Shown one piece after another: positions 29,604-39,830 of a DNA stretch of 64,000 nt. Source of the DNA: Candidatus Heimdallarchaeota archaeon. GTDB lineage: Archaea > Asgardarchaeota > Heimdallarchaeia > Hodarchaeales > Hodarchaeaceae. The stretch spans positions 1,999,814-2,063,813 of the forward strand of contig CP070695.1 of the NCBI GenBank assembly GCA_020353515.1, read 5' to 3'. Position 1 is the first letter of the stretch, and the number at the start of each line of letters is the position of its first letter. The position numbers and the translations under genes were made by a program. The notes under the pieces are model-generated. The model made no database searches. It was not told where the DNA came from and saw only the letters and a program-made list of their open reading frames with translations.

Positions 29604-30248
29604 ATGGATGACAATCTACACCAAGACGCGATAACATATTCTCAACCATTATTGAAAGAAGTAACTGATGATGAAATAATTCAGCTCTTTAAAGAAAAAA
29701 ATCTGTCCCATGTCATTGAATTTTTACGAACTCACAAAGGACCTATGACTGTCACAGATTTAGAAGAGGCATTCAAGAATGTTGGTGAAGAAAAGTCTGA
29801 TAAGAGCATTTATCGGTATCTCAAGAAACTTGAGGAAGCAGGATTAGTTATACAGGCTGGTAAAAGAGTCTTTCCGTCTGAGAAGAAAATTAAGACTCAA
29901 ACTCTTTATATACGGTCAGCTAAGGTATTTTATATTGTTAAACCCGAGGAGGAGGAAGCTTGTCCAGAAGAACTGAAGATGATTGAAGCTATTGGGATTT
30001 CGATTGGAAAACATATGAATTTAAAATTATCATCCTTGGATTGTTTAGAAAAATTCCTGAAAAGATTCAAAACACAATATTCCTCTTACCCCAGAGACAT
30101 AATTAAGAATGCAGAAGAAGAAATTACTGAATTGTTAGAAGATCTGGATTTCGAGTATTCTAAGAGCTTAATCGAAACAATAAGCTTGTTAGCCCTCTTA
30201 AATGATAAAATTGAGTGGCAAAAAGACCTTATCAAATGCTTTGAATGA
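29604..30248 (+). CDS. wHTH transcriptional regulator
   Basis: GPMTV.DL...KS..SIYRYLKKLEEAGLV..AGKR. Confidence 0.8.
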   Translation: MDDNLHQDAITYSQPLLKEVTDDEIIQLFKEKNLSHVIEFLRTHKGPMTVTDLEEAFKNVGEEKSDKSIYRYLKKLEEAGLVIQAGKRVFPSEKKIKTQTLYIRSAKVFYIVKPEEEEACPEELKMIEAIGISIGKHMNLKLSSLDCLEKFLKRFKTQYSSYPRDIIKNAEEEITELLEDLDFEYSKSLIETISLLALLNDKIEWQKDLIKCFE

Positions 30249-30348
30249 TCATTATAATAAATTACATTATCTTCCTCCTCATTATCATTTCGGATACAAG
30301 GAAGACTCAGAATAGTATGAAACAGATTAGCTTCGGAATGAGGATTAT

Positions 30349-31068
30349 TTGATGAAACCTAATTCATTGGAATTATGTAAGAAAGCCGCAGCAGAGAAAG
30401 CTGTTGAAGAAAACATCACAGAAAATATGGTCATAGGTGTAGGTAGTGGTTCTACCGTTATCTATGCTGTAAAAAAGATTGCAGAGATGGATAAATCTCA
30501 CAATCTGAAAGTAAAATGTATTCCCACTTCTTTTCAGTCTTCTCAGTTAATTATTGAAAATGAGTTGAAATTAGCATCATTAGATCAATATCCATTACTT
30601 GATCTTACTATCGATGGTGCTGACGAAATAGATGAAGATCTGAATTTAATTAAAGGCGGTGGGGGGTGTTTAGTTCAGGAGAAAATTCTTGCTTCAAATT
30701 CTAAAGCGCTAATAATAATTGCTGATTATCGAAAAAAATCAGAATTTCTCGGAGAGAATTGGAAAACAGGTATCCCAATTGAGATCATTCCTCTAGCATA
30801 TGTACCATTAATGAAAAAAATGGAAAAACTCGGTGGAAAGCCTCAACTTCGGATGGCAAAAGCTAAAGCGGGGCCTGTGATAACTGATAACGGTAATTTC
30901 ATTATAGATGTTGATTTTGGCATTCTTAAGAATCCTCTCAAACTCAACAATAAATTAAACACGATTCCTGGCGTTGTAGACACAGGATTATTTATTGGAA
31001 TGGTTTCTAAAGCATTTATAGGACAAAAGGACGGGAGTACATTAGTTTTAGAGGGGAAAAATCTATAA
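30349..31068 (+). CDS. rpiA: Ribose-5-phosphate isomerase A
   Basis: GVGSGST, DGADE, IKGGGG..QEK, ITDNGN, PGVVDTGLF. Confidence 0.95.
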   Translation: MMKPNSLELCKKAAAEKAVEENITENMVIGVGSGSTVIYAVKKIAEMDKSHNLKVKCIPTSFQSSQLIIENELKLASLDQYPLLDLTIDGADEIDEDLNLIKGGGGCLVQEKILASNSKALIIIADYRKKSEFLGENWKTGIPIEIIPLAYVPLMKKMEKLGGKPQLRMAKAKAGPVITDNGNFIIDVDFGILKNPLKLNNKLNTIPGVVDTGLFIGMVSKAFIGQKDGSTLVLEGKNL

Positions 31069-31115
31069 TTAAAGCTATTTAGAGCTTAATTATAGAAACA
31101 GAAGGAAGCCTTAAG

Positions 31116-31943
31116 TTGGTAATTACATCTGATCTCAGAAATACTGTTGTTACTGATACGATACATTCTCCTAACCTAGAAGATTCTATTAAACAAGCGT
31201 TGGAACCTCTTGGTGGTCTGAAGAGTTTCATTTCAAGGGATGATTCAATCCTTGTGAAGCCAAATTTTAATACAGGAGATCCCTTTCCAGCGAGTACAGA
31301 TCCAGAATTTTTAGAAATTATGTTACGATTACTCCTTAGACACACACAAAATGTAGAAATTGTCGAATCGTCAACGCTTCGGGCAAAAACAAGAGAAATA
31401 ATTGAAAGCAAGGTGGGTGAGGTGTTAAAAGAGTTAGATATACCAATAATCACAGAACAAGACTTTAAATTTACGTGGGTTGATCTCAAGTCTAAGGGAG
31501 CAAAATATCTGAAATCTGTCAAACTTCCCAAACGAATTCTTGATCCACAGAAGAAATTAATCCTTTTACCTTGTTTAAAAACTCATTTTATTGCCCAATA
31601 CACAGGAGCAATAAAACTAGGTGTCGGATTCATGGAAAGAAAACAACGTGTGAGGATGCATATGAGCTGGCGTGTTCCTGCTAAAGTTGCTGAATTAAAC
31701 CTAGGTTTCAAACCTGAATTAGTTATCATGGATGCCCGTAAGATATTTGTTACGCAAGGACCAGCTTCTGGAAAAGAAGAATCTCCTATGAAAATACTGG
31801 CTGGAACTAATCGCGTATCCATTGATATTAAGGGGATTAAAATTATCCAATCGTATCATGAGAAAAATAAATTAGAGGGAAGAGATCCATTAGATGTTGG
31901 GACAATTAAACGAGCTTTAGAGCTAGGGATAGATGAATCCTGA
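31116..31943 (+). CDS. DUF362 domain protein
   Basis: VKPN, STDP, LKTH, TGAIK, MDA. Confidence 0.8.
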   Translation: MVITSDLRNTVVTDTIHSPNLEDSIKQALEPLGGLKSFISRDDSILVKPNFNTGDPFPASTDPEFLEIMLRLLLRHTQNVEIVESSTLRAKTREIIESKVGEVLKELDIPIITEQDFKFTWVDLKSKGAKYLKSVKLPKRILDPQKKLILLPCLKTHFIAQYTGAIKLGVGFMERKQRVRMHMSWRVPAKVAELNLGFKPELVIMDARKIFVTQGPASGKEESPMKILAGTNRVSIDIKGIKIIQSYHEKNKLEGRDPLDVGTIKRALELGIDES

Positions 31944-32188
31944 ATTTTAACTATTATTTGATACAAAAAATTAGATGAAATATACCAGAAATAATACTCT
32001 GGATATAAACAGTCACATTAAGCTTGTACTTGTCAAGTATACCAGCCAAAATTGTAAAAAATTTCAAGTTTCAATGGAGGCTTAAGTTTTGGAGTCTAAA
32101 GAAATTACAATGTTATTAATTTCATTATATCTTGTATTATAGTCATCTTAACGATAAATGCTTTATTCTGTCTTTATGTTTTCCACTC

Positions 32189-33019
32189 ATGAAATTATGG
32201 GACTATCATACGCATACATCTCTTTGCAATCATGCTACTGGAACCATCGAAGACTACGTTAAAGCAGCTGTTGAGGTTAAGTTGGCTGAGGTCGGAATCA
32301 GTGATCATTTCCCTATGGATTTACTACCAGAGCACTTTCATATTTATGCAATGACATTAAACGATTTTCCGAATTATATCGATGAAATCAAGCGATTGAA
32401 ATTGAAGTATAACCAAATCCAAATCAGAATTTCATCTGAAGTTGATTACTTTCCGGAGGTTTTTGATGGTTATAAGAAACTTTTAACACCATACTTAGAT
32501 GATTTTGACTATATCATTGGATCTATCCATGCTATTCCATGGAAAAATCATGATGCAATACCTGTTGATGAATTACAAGCTGTCCCTCTGATAAGAGAGT
32601 TAGGAGTAGACCAGTTTTACTTAGAATATTATAATAATCTCTTAAGGATGGTGAAGACGAACTTCTACGATGTCGTTGGACATTTGGATCTTCCTAAGAA
32701 ATATGGTTTAGTTCCTTATGATACTGATAGAATCTGGCAGAAAGTTCTACAGTTATTAGACCAGATTGAAAGTAACGATTTAACAGTTGAAATTAATACT
32801 TCAGGATTGAAAAAGAGAATAAAACAGGAATATCCTAGCGAGGATATTATTAAAGAATTAATTACGCGAAAGATTCCAATTACTCTGGGATCGGATGCTC
32901 ATTCTCCGCAAGCTATTGGATTTAGATTTGAAGAGCTCATTACTAAAACTAAGAAATGGGGATTAACTGAAATATGTCAATATTCTAAAAGAGAGAGAAG
33001 CTTAGTCCCACTGAAGTAA
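32189..33019 (+). CDS. PHP-family histidinol-phosphatase (HisJ/HisK-like)
   Basis: DYHTH..LC.HA.G, SDH, GSIH, GHLDLPKK, EINTSG, GSDAH; ATG 32189. Confidence 0.85.
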   Translation: MKLWDYHTHTSLCNHATGTIEDYVKAAVEVKLAEVGISDHFPMDLLPEHFHIYAMTLNDFPNYIDEIKRLKLKYNQIQIRISSEVDYFPEVFDGYKKLLTPYLDDFDYIIGSIHAIPWKNHDAIPVDELQAVPLIRELGVDQFYLEYYNNLLRMVKTNFYDVVGHLDLPKKYGLVPYDTDRIWQKVLQLLDQIESNDLTVEINTSGLKKRIKQEYPSEDIIKELITRKIPITLGSDAHSPQAIGFRFEELITKTKKWGLTEICQYSKRERSLVPLK

Positions 33020-33037
33020 ATGGATGAGTTAGAAAAT

Positions 33038-33184
33038 TTAGGAAATTTCTGGTGTTGTTGCTAATGAGACTGTTTTTTGATGATGAGGATCTAAATCTGA
33101 GCTTATTCTTATGATTACTGGCCCGTGATAGTTCAGATATCTGATCAAACCGTTTAAATCAGGATTAGAAGAATTCATATTCAT
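33038..33184 (-). CDS. Possible 48-aa small protein
   Basis: AAAGGAG RBS-like element upstream; MNMNSSNPDLNGLIRYLNYHGPVIIRISSDLDPHHQKTVSLATTPEIS*. Confidence 0.3.
   Translation of the reverse strand: MNMNSSNPDLNGLIRYLNYHGPVIIRISSDLDPHHQKTVSLATTPEIS
33076..33149 (+). ncRNA. Candidate C/D-box sRNA
   Basis: ATGATGA (33080-33086), CTGA (33097-33100), ATGATTA (33111-33117), CTGA (33141-33144), flanked by TTTGA/TCAAA; no target identified. Confidence 0.25.
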
Positions 33185-33364
33185 CCTTATTTACTCCTTT
33201 TGGACTTTCATCAAATAGTCCGTTTTAAACTCGTACAAGGAGTGCTTTTAAGGACAGGGGGTGTTTTATCAAAGTAAAATTCAGGTTATTCGATCGAATT
33301 CTCCTCTAAATTTATGTATTCAAATTATTAATCCGACAAATTTAATGTGAAGAGCTTCTTCAGA

Positions 33365-34261
33365 TTATTGACTTAATTGGATTGTTGATTCAATTATATT
33401 GTAGTTTGTACGTAAATATTTCGTTATTCCTGACATGAGTTGTTTGTGATCCTTATCTGACATAGGATTATTTACTTTCATGTGAGCAGAAAATACTAAC
33501 ATTTCAGGAGTGATTGTCCAAAAGTGAACATTGTAGAGATTTTTAATTTCTGGAAATTGGTCTCTTAACTCCTTAGTAACTATCTCAATATTTAATCCTT
33601 TAGGGGTCATTTCCAATAAAATTCTTGTACTATCCTTCAGAATTCCAAAAGCCCATATTGCAATAATCAAAGAGATGAATAAACTAACGAGCGGATCAAT
33701 AAAAGTCCATCTTGTAAAATATATAACAATAGCAGCAAACACAATCCCAATTGATGATGCAGTGTCTCCAATGATATGATAGAATAGGCCTTTTATATTC
33801 AAATCTTTTTTAATACTTCCTTGCAGAATAAAAATGCTTAATAAATTGACTCCAAGACCAACAAGTGCAACAACTAACATTTCAAAGGCTAGAATTTCTA
33901 ATGGATGGATAATTCTTAATATGGCTTCATAAATCAATGTAATGACTATTAAAAGAAGAAATAGACCATTAACAAATGCCGCTAAAATTTCAGCACGGTA
34001 CAACCCAAAGGTTCTGTGATGACAGGGAGGTTTTCGTGCAATTATTATTGCGATTAAGCTGACTGCAATGGCAAAACTATGCGTGAACATATGTCCAGCA
34101 TCACTAATTAGTGCAATACTATTTGTAATTAAACCTCCAATCACTTCAACAATCATAACGGTCGCAGTAATTAGTAAAGATAGCAATAGTCTTTTCTTTT
34201 CCACGGTTCGATACTCAAATAGATGATCAGAGAAGGGGTTATCAGTTTTGTGATGATCCAT
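33365..34261 (-). CDS. czcD: Cation diffusion facilitator (CzcD-like Zn/Co/Cd exporter)
   Basis: SIALISDAGHM, TFG..RAEILAA, HIIGD, VHFW. Confidence 0.9.
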   Translation of the reverse strand: MDHHKTDNPFSDHLFEYRTVEKKRLLLSLLITATVMIVEVIGGLITNSIALISDAGHMFTHSFAIAVSLIAIIIARKPPCHHRTFGLYRAEILAAFVNGLFLLLIVITLIYEAILRIIHPLEILAFEMLVVALVGLGVNLLSIFILQGSIKKDLNIKGLFYHIIGDTASSIGIVFAAIVIYFTRWTFIDPLVSLFISLIIAIWAFGILKDSTRILLEMTPKGLNIEIVTKELRDQFPEIKNLYNVHFWTITPEMLVFSAHMKVNNPMSDKDHKQLMSGITKYLRTNYNIIESTIQLSQ

Positions 34262-34395
34262 GATGAAATCTTTACCAATAGCTGAATCTAATCATTTTAC
34301 ACCTTTCTCATAGAGAATTAAAAAGAAAATCACCTCGAAAATCAAATCATCTCTTGGAATAATTGATTTAAGAGAAAAGATGGTTACTCCTAATT

Positions 34396-35391
34396 ATGAC
34401 AAATTTTAATCTCGATTCGATTCCAAGGATTCAGCTTTGCTTATTACCTACTCCAATTGTCCCTTTGACAAGGTTATCGACACATCTTGGTGGAGTAAAG
34501 GTATTCATAAAAAGGGATGATTTGACTGGTGTTGCTTTTGGTGGTAATAAGAATCGAAAGCTTGAATTCCTTTTAGCTGATGCTAAGAGAAAGAAAGCTG
34601 ATGTAATTGTAACAGAAGGAGCTTTACAATCGAATCATTGTCTACAAACAGCAGCTTGTTCCGCAAAGTTAGGTTTTGAGTGTGAATTGGTGTTATCGGG
34701 AAATATTCCTGAATTTATCACAGGGAATCTTCTTTTAGACCAGATTCTTGATGTGAAAATACATCGAGCGAAAGATAGCTTTGAACGGAAAGAACTTATG
34801 GTACTGGTAGAAGAGGAACTAAAAGACAAAGGTAAAAGACCGTATATGATTCCAACAGGTGGTTCTACTGACATCGGTGCATTAGGTTACTTAAAATGTA
34901 TAGTAGAACTTGAGAGGCAATCAAAAGATCTGGGAATTATATTTGATTATTTTGTTCATTCAACAGGTAGTGGAGGCACTCAATCAGGAGTTTTGATAGG
35001 AAAAGAGCTGTATTATCCAGAATTAGAAATTTTGGGGATTAGCGAAGGTGAGTCTAAACAGAAATTAAGAAAGAAAGTAAAAGAAATCATTGAGAATTTT
35101 AATAACATAAGGGGGTTGAATTTGGTGATTGGAGACGATAAGATCAAGATATACGAGGAGTATTTTGGAGAAGGCTATGGTATCCCCAATCAAGAAATGA
35201 TTGAAACTGTGAAATTAGTGGCGAGATTAGAAGGAGTATTTTTAGATCCAGTTTATACTGGTAAAGCTATGGTCGGTTTAATCGATCTTGTGAAAACAGA
35301 AGTCATCCCTAAGGATAAAAATGTATTGTTCCTTCATTCAGGAGGAAGTACATCAATTTTTAATTATTACAATGTTTTTCAGAAGGAGTAG
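34396..35391 (+). CDS. D-cysteine desulfhydrase/ACC deaminase family PLP enzyme
   Basis: KRDDLTG..FGGNK.RKLEF, QSNH, GSGGT, LDPVYTGK. Confidence 0.9.
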   Translation: MTNFNLDSIPRIQLCLLPTPIVPLTRLSTHLGGVKVFIKRDDLTGVAFGGNKNRKLEFLLADAKRKKADVIVTEGALQSNHCLQTAACSAKLGFECELVLSGNIPEFITGNLLLDQILDVKIHRAKDSFERKELMVLVEEELKDKGKRPYMIPTGGSTDIGALGYLKCIVELERQSKDLGIIFDYFVHSTGSGGTQSGVLIGKELYYPELEILGISEGESKQKLRKKVKEIIENFNNIRGLNLVIGDDKIKIYEEYFGEGYGIPNQEMIETVKLVARLEGVFLDPVYTGKAMVGLIDLVKTEVIPKDKNVLFLHSGGSTSIFNYYNVFQKE

Positions 35392-35407
35392 GTTTCTTTT
35401 TGTTTCC

Positions 35408-36421
35408 TTATTGTTGAAATGCACTAATAGTATCCATAGCCAATTCAGGAGTACAATTATGGGGTAACATTACCACTGGAATATCTGTACCAAGTTGTCT
35501 TAATTCATCATAGCGTTTAACAACATATTCGGGAGGCCCAACTACTGCAATACGATCAAGCATGTCCTGGGAAACGGAATTGGCTGCAGTCTCTCTATCA
35601 CCAGCTAGGAATGCCTTTCTTATTCTGTTTGCTTCTGTTTCAAAACCATATCTTTTAATTATCTCAAAATAAAACGTACCCATCCCCCCAATATAATAGG
35701 CGAGATTTCTTTGGATAAGGTTTTTTGCATTTTCTGTGTCTGACGCACAAGTAAGAATGTATGGTGTGATTTCGAGCTCTTCTTTAGATCTTAGTGTTCG
35801 TTCCCTTTTTTCTAATCCTAGTTTCAAATCTTGCTTTGAACTTGGAATTTCAGTGAAGGATGTCCAAATTGGAAACCAGCCATCAGCTAGTTCTCCTGTA
35901 ATTTGCACATTCTTTGATCCCATAGATGCGAGAAATATGGGAATTGTCAAAGATGGTTCAAAGCTACTTAATGAAAATCGCTTTAAGGAGTAAATCTTTC
36001 CAGAGTAATTTACCCTTTCACCTGAAAATATCAAGCGTAATATTTCTAGGTATTCCCGAGTACGTTGTAGGGGAGAAGGTTGAAAGAAGTTTATTCCATG
36101 CCAGTCTTGAATGACAATGGGCCCACTTAAGCCTAATCCTAAAATGAAACGCCCTTCTGTTAATTCATCAATGCTAGCTGCTGTTTGAGCTAATGTTGCT
36201 GGGGTTCGGGAAAAGAGATTAACGATTCCAGTACCTAAGATTAGTTCTGAAGTGTAGTGTGCCATGGTTGTTACTTGAGTAAAAGCATCATGGCCCCAAC
36301 GTTCTGGAATAAACAGATGGGTGAAATTTGAGTTATCTAGTAAGGTTACCAGATCATGACATAAGGAAGGTTGTAAATAATCATACGATAAGGTGAATCC
36401 TAATTTTACTTGAGGAGACAT
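35408..36421 (-). CDS. LLM-class (luciferase-like, probably F420-dependent) oxidoreductase
   Basis: PERWGHDAF, LGTGIVN..SRTP, GRF.LGLG, GELADGW; start uncertain (36421 or 36448). Confidence 0.85.
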   Translation of the reverse strand: MSPQVKLGFTLSYDYLQPSLCHDLVTLLDNSNFTHLFIPERWGHDAFTQVTTMAHYTSELILGTGIVNLFSRTPATLAQTAASIDELTEGRFILGLGLSGPIVIQDWHGINFFQPSPLQRTREYLEILRLIFSGERVNYSGKIYSLKRFSLSSFEPSLTIPIFLASMGSKNVQITGELADGWFPIWTSFTEIPSSKQDLKLGLEKRERTLRSKEELEITPYILTCASDTENAKNLIQRNLAYYIGGMGTFYFEIIKRYGFETEANRIRKAFLAGDRETAANSVSQDMLDRIAVVGPPEYVVKRYDELRQLGTDIPVVMLPHNCTPELAMDTISAFQQ

Positions 36422-36461
36422 GATGAATGCAAACTTCTGATTCCTCATATATAATCTTGAA

Positions 36462-37628
36462 TTATTGACGTCCAAAAGCAATCTTTAGTAACGATTCAGC
36501 CTCATCAAAAAAGTTCTTTATGACAACTGCGTATTCTTGATCCTCAAGTCCGTACTTCAAGTTGAACATAGTACCAAAAGAATCTAAGGCGCTCCACAAG
36601 AAACTTGAAATTCGATCTACAAGGAGAAAGATAATAAAATTCTCATTCTGAGATAGCATTATTTTCTTATCTAAGAATTGAATCATTCTTATGTTTTCAG
36701 TATTTATCATTTCTGTAAACAAGTTTAAAATAGCATGTACCCCTCCAGATAATAATAAATCTTTCTCGCTAGATGAATCTCCTTTTGGAACTGTAAAATT
36801 ATGAGAGAATAATAATAAACCCGATCTATTAATGACCAATAGCTTCTCAATGTTTTGAAATTGTAGAAAGCCTACAGGTGCCTTTACATACGCTTGAAAA
36901 ATCATCACACTACCAAGAATCACGTTAATATGGGGAGCAATGTGCTTCAGGAAAACCACTAGGTTAGGATTTAATAATTCTTCTAACTGATAGGCTCCAG
37001 CAATAATAACTAAAGTGACGAGATAATAAAGAATAATTGACCACTGCATCAATGTTACTTGTCTTTTCTGTAATTCATCTTCTGTACTGTTTTTGATTCT
37101 TCTAAGTGCTCCTAATGTGACAATAATTACGTAAATGACAAAATATGACGCGGGGAAGTTCGTTGAAAAGAGGAAGTTAAGAAATAACAAGAATAAAGTA
37201 TTAGTTTCTGTCGTACTTACTGGAAATACTTCTGGGATCACTATTTGATACATGACATTTAAAATGAAGGCACCTAGGAAAGCACCATAAAAAAAGCCGT
37301 GAATTGGGTTTATTCTTTCATTCTCGAAATAATCAATAAATAGCATGAAGAATCCCCCAGAGATTCCGCCGAAGAATGGGAATAACCAAACAAAAATGTT
37401 ATCTTCTTGTAGATAAAAACCAACTGGATCATTAAAGTTTATCAAAAAAAACCAGAATTCAATAAGCATCAAAATAAATAAGAGTAGATAAGCACCAGCT
37501 AGCAATGATACAACAGTGATTTTTGTTTCTCTCCATCTCTTACTTAGTCTGAAAAAAATAAAAATACTAACCAATAATTCTAGTAAAAAGACACCAAAAC
37601 CAAAATAACTTATTATTGTTGGTGTCAT
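36462..37628 (-). CDS. Seven-TM membrane protein with C-terminal longin-like domain
   Basis: About 7 hydrophobic segments, then LLVINRSGLLLFS...LLSGGVHAI...F...Y longin pattern. Confidence 0.7.
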   Translation of the reverse strand: MTPTIISYFGFGVFLLELLVSIFIFFRLSKRWRETKITVVSLLAGAYLLLFILMLIEFWFFLINFNDPVGFYLQEDNIFVWLFPFFGGISGGFFMLFIDYFENERINPIHGFFYGAFLGAFILNVMYQIVIPEVFPVSTTETNTLFLLFLNFLFSTNFPASYFVIYVIIVTLGALRRIKNSTEDELQKRQVTLMQWSIILYYLVTLVIIAGAYQLEELLNPNLVVFLKHIAPHINVILGSVMIFQAYVKAPVGFLQFQNIEKLLVINRSGLLLFSHNFTVPKGDSSSEKDLLLSGGVHAILNLFTEMINTENIRMIQFLDKKIMLSQNENFIIFLLVDRISSFLWSALDSFGTMFNLKYGLEDQEYAVVIKNFFDEAESLLKIAFGRQ

Positions 37629-37725
37629 TATGAATCATTACTCATAATTGTGGAAGTCTACTGTTTCATGAACAATTGCTGTTTCAAAGTTGAATAATAA
37701 AAATGTTAGGAAATTCTTTGCTTTC

Positions 37726-38610
37726 CTATTTTTCTGGAAATAAAGGTGTAAAATTCTCTGATTTTGCCCGTTGGATTATCTCTTCTTGTTTACTTGTTCC
37801 CAGTTTCTGAAATTTCTTAACAGCATCAAGCACTAATGGCCATAATCGAAGATCACAGGGTAAGGAATATGTAGTAACCCCTTCTTGGGAAAGAGTATAT
37901 CCTACTGCATCATCAATCCAAGTTTGTTCATCTAGAGGTTGGTACCATGTCCCATATTTCTTTGCGAAGGTCCATCTTCTTCTTGAAATTGCTTTGATAG
38001 CAATAACCCCAATATGCTTCTCTTGCGCAAGCTTTAGAACAGGTCGAAAATCGTTACTAGGGTGAGGATGAGCCATTGCAGCGACATAGACAGGGATTAA
38101 AATCGTATCAAAGTATTCCTTAGACTTCAGTGCTTTTATCATGATTCTCATGTCGCTATGACACGTGATACCAATATTTTTAATGAGATCTGTTTCTTTG
38201 GCTTCTTTAAAAGCTTCCATTGCTCCATCCTTTCCCATGATTTGCTCTAATTCTTCCATTGTCGAAACTGTATGAAATTGGTATAAATCGAAATAGGATG
38301 TGCCTAACCGCTTTAATGACCGATTTAATTCCTTCCAAGCCCCCTCTTTAGTTCTTTCCATCGTTTTTTCGGATAAAAATATTTTATTACGGATTTTCTG
38401 AATCCAGGGGTGAATTCTGACCTCTGCTTCTCCATAAGAAGGAGCCACATCAATGATATTCACGCCTTGAGCAATAGCATTCTCAATCGCTATATTAGCT
38501 CTTTCTTGAGCTGTCTTCGGATCTTGTTCCTGTAACCATCCTAATGCACATCCACCCAAAGTTAAAATCGAAGCGTTGTGACCTGTTTTGCCAAATTGTC
38601 TAAATTCCAT
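37726..38610 (-). CDS. Aldo/keto reductase
   Basis: MEFRQFGKTG, DVAPSYG, SL.RL...YFDLYQFH; ATG 38610. Confidence 0.9.
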   Translation of the reverse strand: MEFRQFGKTGHNASILTLGGCALGWLQEQDPKTAQERANIAIENAIAQGVNIIDVAPSYGEAEVRIHPWIQKIRNKIFLSEKTMERTKEGAWKELNRSLKRLGTSYFDLYQFHTVSTMEELEQIMGKDGAMEAFKEAKETDLIKNIGITCHSDMRIMIKALKSKEYFDTILIPVYVAAMAHPHPSNDFRPVLKLAQEKHIGVIAIKAISRRRWTFAKKYGTWYQPLDEQTWIDDAVGYTLSQEGVTTYSLPCDLRLWPLVLDAVKKFQKLGTSKQEEIIQRAKSENFTPLFPEK

Positions 38611-38709
38611 GAAATCACCAAGAGAGCTATCTAGAAAAACATAAGATATGCTTTTCTGATAGTTTACCAAAAATGGATGTAAAGTTTATAAGAGGTAAAG
38701 CTCCTTCAG

Positions 38710-39031
38710 ATACGATCCTAAATCCTTGGATGGGTTTGCTTACTGATGTTATCAATTTCTTTTTTCTTAATCTCTCCTTTGTTACAACTTCCAATTGGAG
38801 CTGAAATTGATGTTAAAAGATCGAGTAATGTTTCCTCACCATTTTTCTTTAATATCACACTTATTACCCCTAGCATATATGATGATCGGACTTTTGTTAA
38901 GGGAAAATGAGGTAATTGGAAGGTATTATCCTAAGAATAAGGAATATATCAAGGGTCATGACGTAAGTGTCTTAATCCAAAGTTACATAAAACAGGTGAA
39001 AGGAGTTATCGAGGATTTTGAAGAAGAATAA
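38710..39031 (+). pseudogene. Chimeric remnant: signal peptide/N-terminus of a secreted protein plus an unrelated C-terminal fragment
   Basis: Frame 1: QIRS*ILGWVCLLMLSISFFLISPLLQ...PFFFNITLITP; the ORF-track call 38795-39031 is in another frame. Confidence 0.3.
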
Positions 39032-39075
39032 CTAATTCCTCTTCTAACCTTAGTTTTTATCAGAAGGGCTATTAA

Positions 39076-39813
39076 ATGGATTTTTTTGATCACACTTCGA
39101 AAGCGTACATTGAACCAATCGATGAGATTAAATTCTATCGTGCTGCTTATCCAATTCCCTCTAAACTAATTTATTCCCCCTTTTCTCGTCCTGAGTTTCC
39201 ACAAAAAAGTATGAAAGGAAAAATAAAGGAACTGCCAAAGTTATATCATGGTACCCATTTATATTGTATTAATGACTCAATTTTATACTTCCAAGGCCTT
39301 CTTGGAGCTCCTGCAACGGGTATTTTTTTGGAGGAATTAATTGCATTGGGAATTAAGGAATTCATTTTTCTTGGTTTAGCGGGAGCTATTCAATCTGCTT
39401 CAATTGGTGACAGAATTATTGTAACTGAAGCAGTACGGTTGGAGGGCACAAGTCATCACTATTTACCAACTCACGCGCCAAGTTTACCATCAATTGAGAT
39501 GACAAATGATTTATCGGACTTTTTTTTGTCTAGAGGAATTTCATGCACCAAAGGGAAAATATGTAGCACTGATGCTCCTTTTAGAGAAACCTTCAATTTA
39601 GTTAATCAGCTACGTCAGAAAGAAGTTATTGCTATTGAGATGGAGATAGCAGCTGCCTTTGCCATTGCATCATTTCGTAATGTGAAAGCTGCAGCCATGG
39701 TAATCATAAGTGATGAACTTAAGGGTGATCAGTGGTCAAAGTTTCAACCTGATCAATACTCAGACACCTTTCTTGCTAGTTTTAATTACCTGTTGAACTA
39801 CTTTTCCCAATAA
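39076..39813 (+). CDS. Nucleoside phosphorylase (PNP/UDP family)
   Basis: GAPA...LEELIALG, GLAG, RLEGTS.HY, STDAPFRET, EME, ISD. Confidence 0.9.
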   Translation: MDFFDHTSKAYIEPIDEIKFYRAAYPIPSKLIYSPFSRPEFPQKSMKGKIKELPKLYHGTHLYCINDSILYFQGLLGAPATGIFLEELIALGIKEFIFLGLAGAIQSASIGDRIIVTEAVRLEGTSHHYLPTHAPSLPSIEMTNDLSDFFLSRGISCTKGKICSTDAPFRETFNLVNQLRQKEVIAIEMEIAAAFAIASFRNVKAAAMVIISDELKGDQWSKFQPDQYSDTFLASFNYLLNYFSQ

Positions 39814-39830
39814 AGAAGCTGGATTGTATT

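Noticed and set aside
31985-32039. Small inverted repeats (CCAGA/TCTGG; TACTTG-T-CAAGTA)
   Set aside because: Short stems compatible with chance
36421-36481. Apparent overlap of LLM oxidoreductase and 7TM-longin genes
   Set aside because: Artefact of longest-ORF start choice; downstream ATGs remove the overlap
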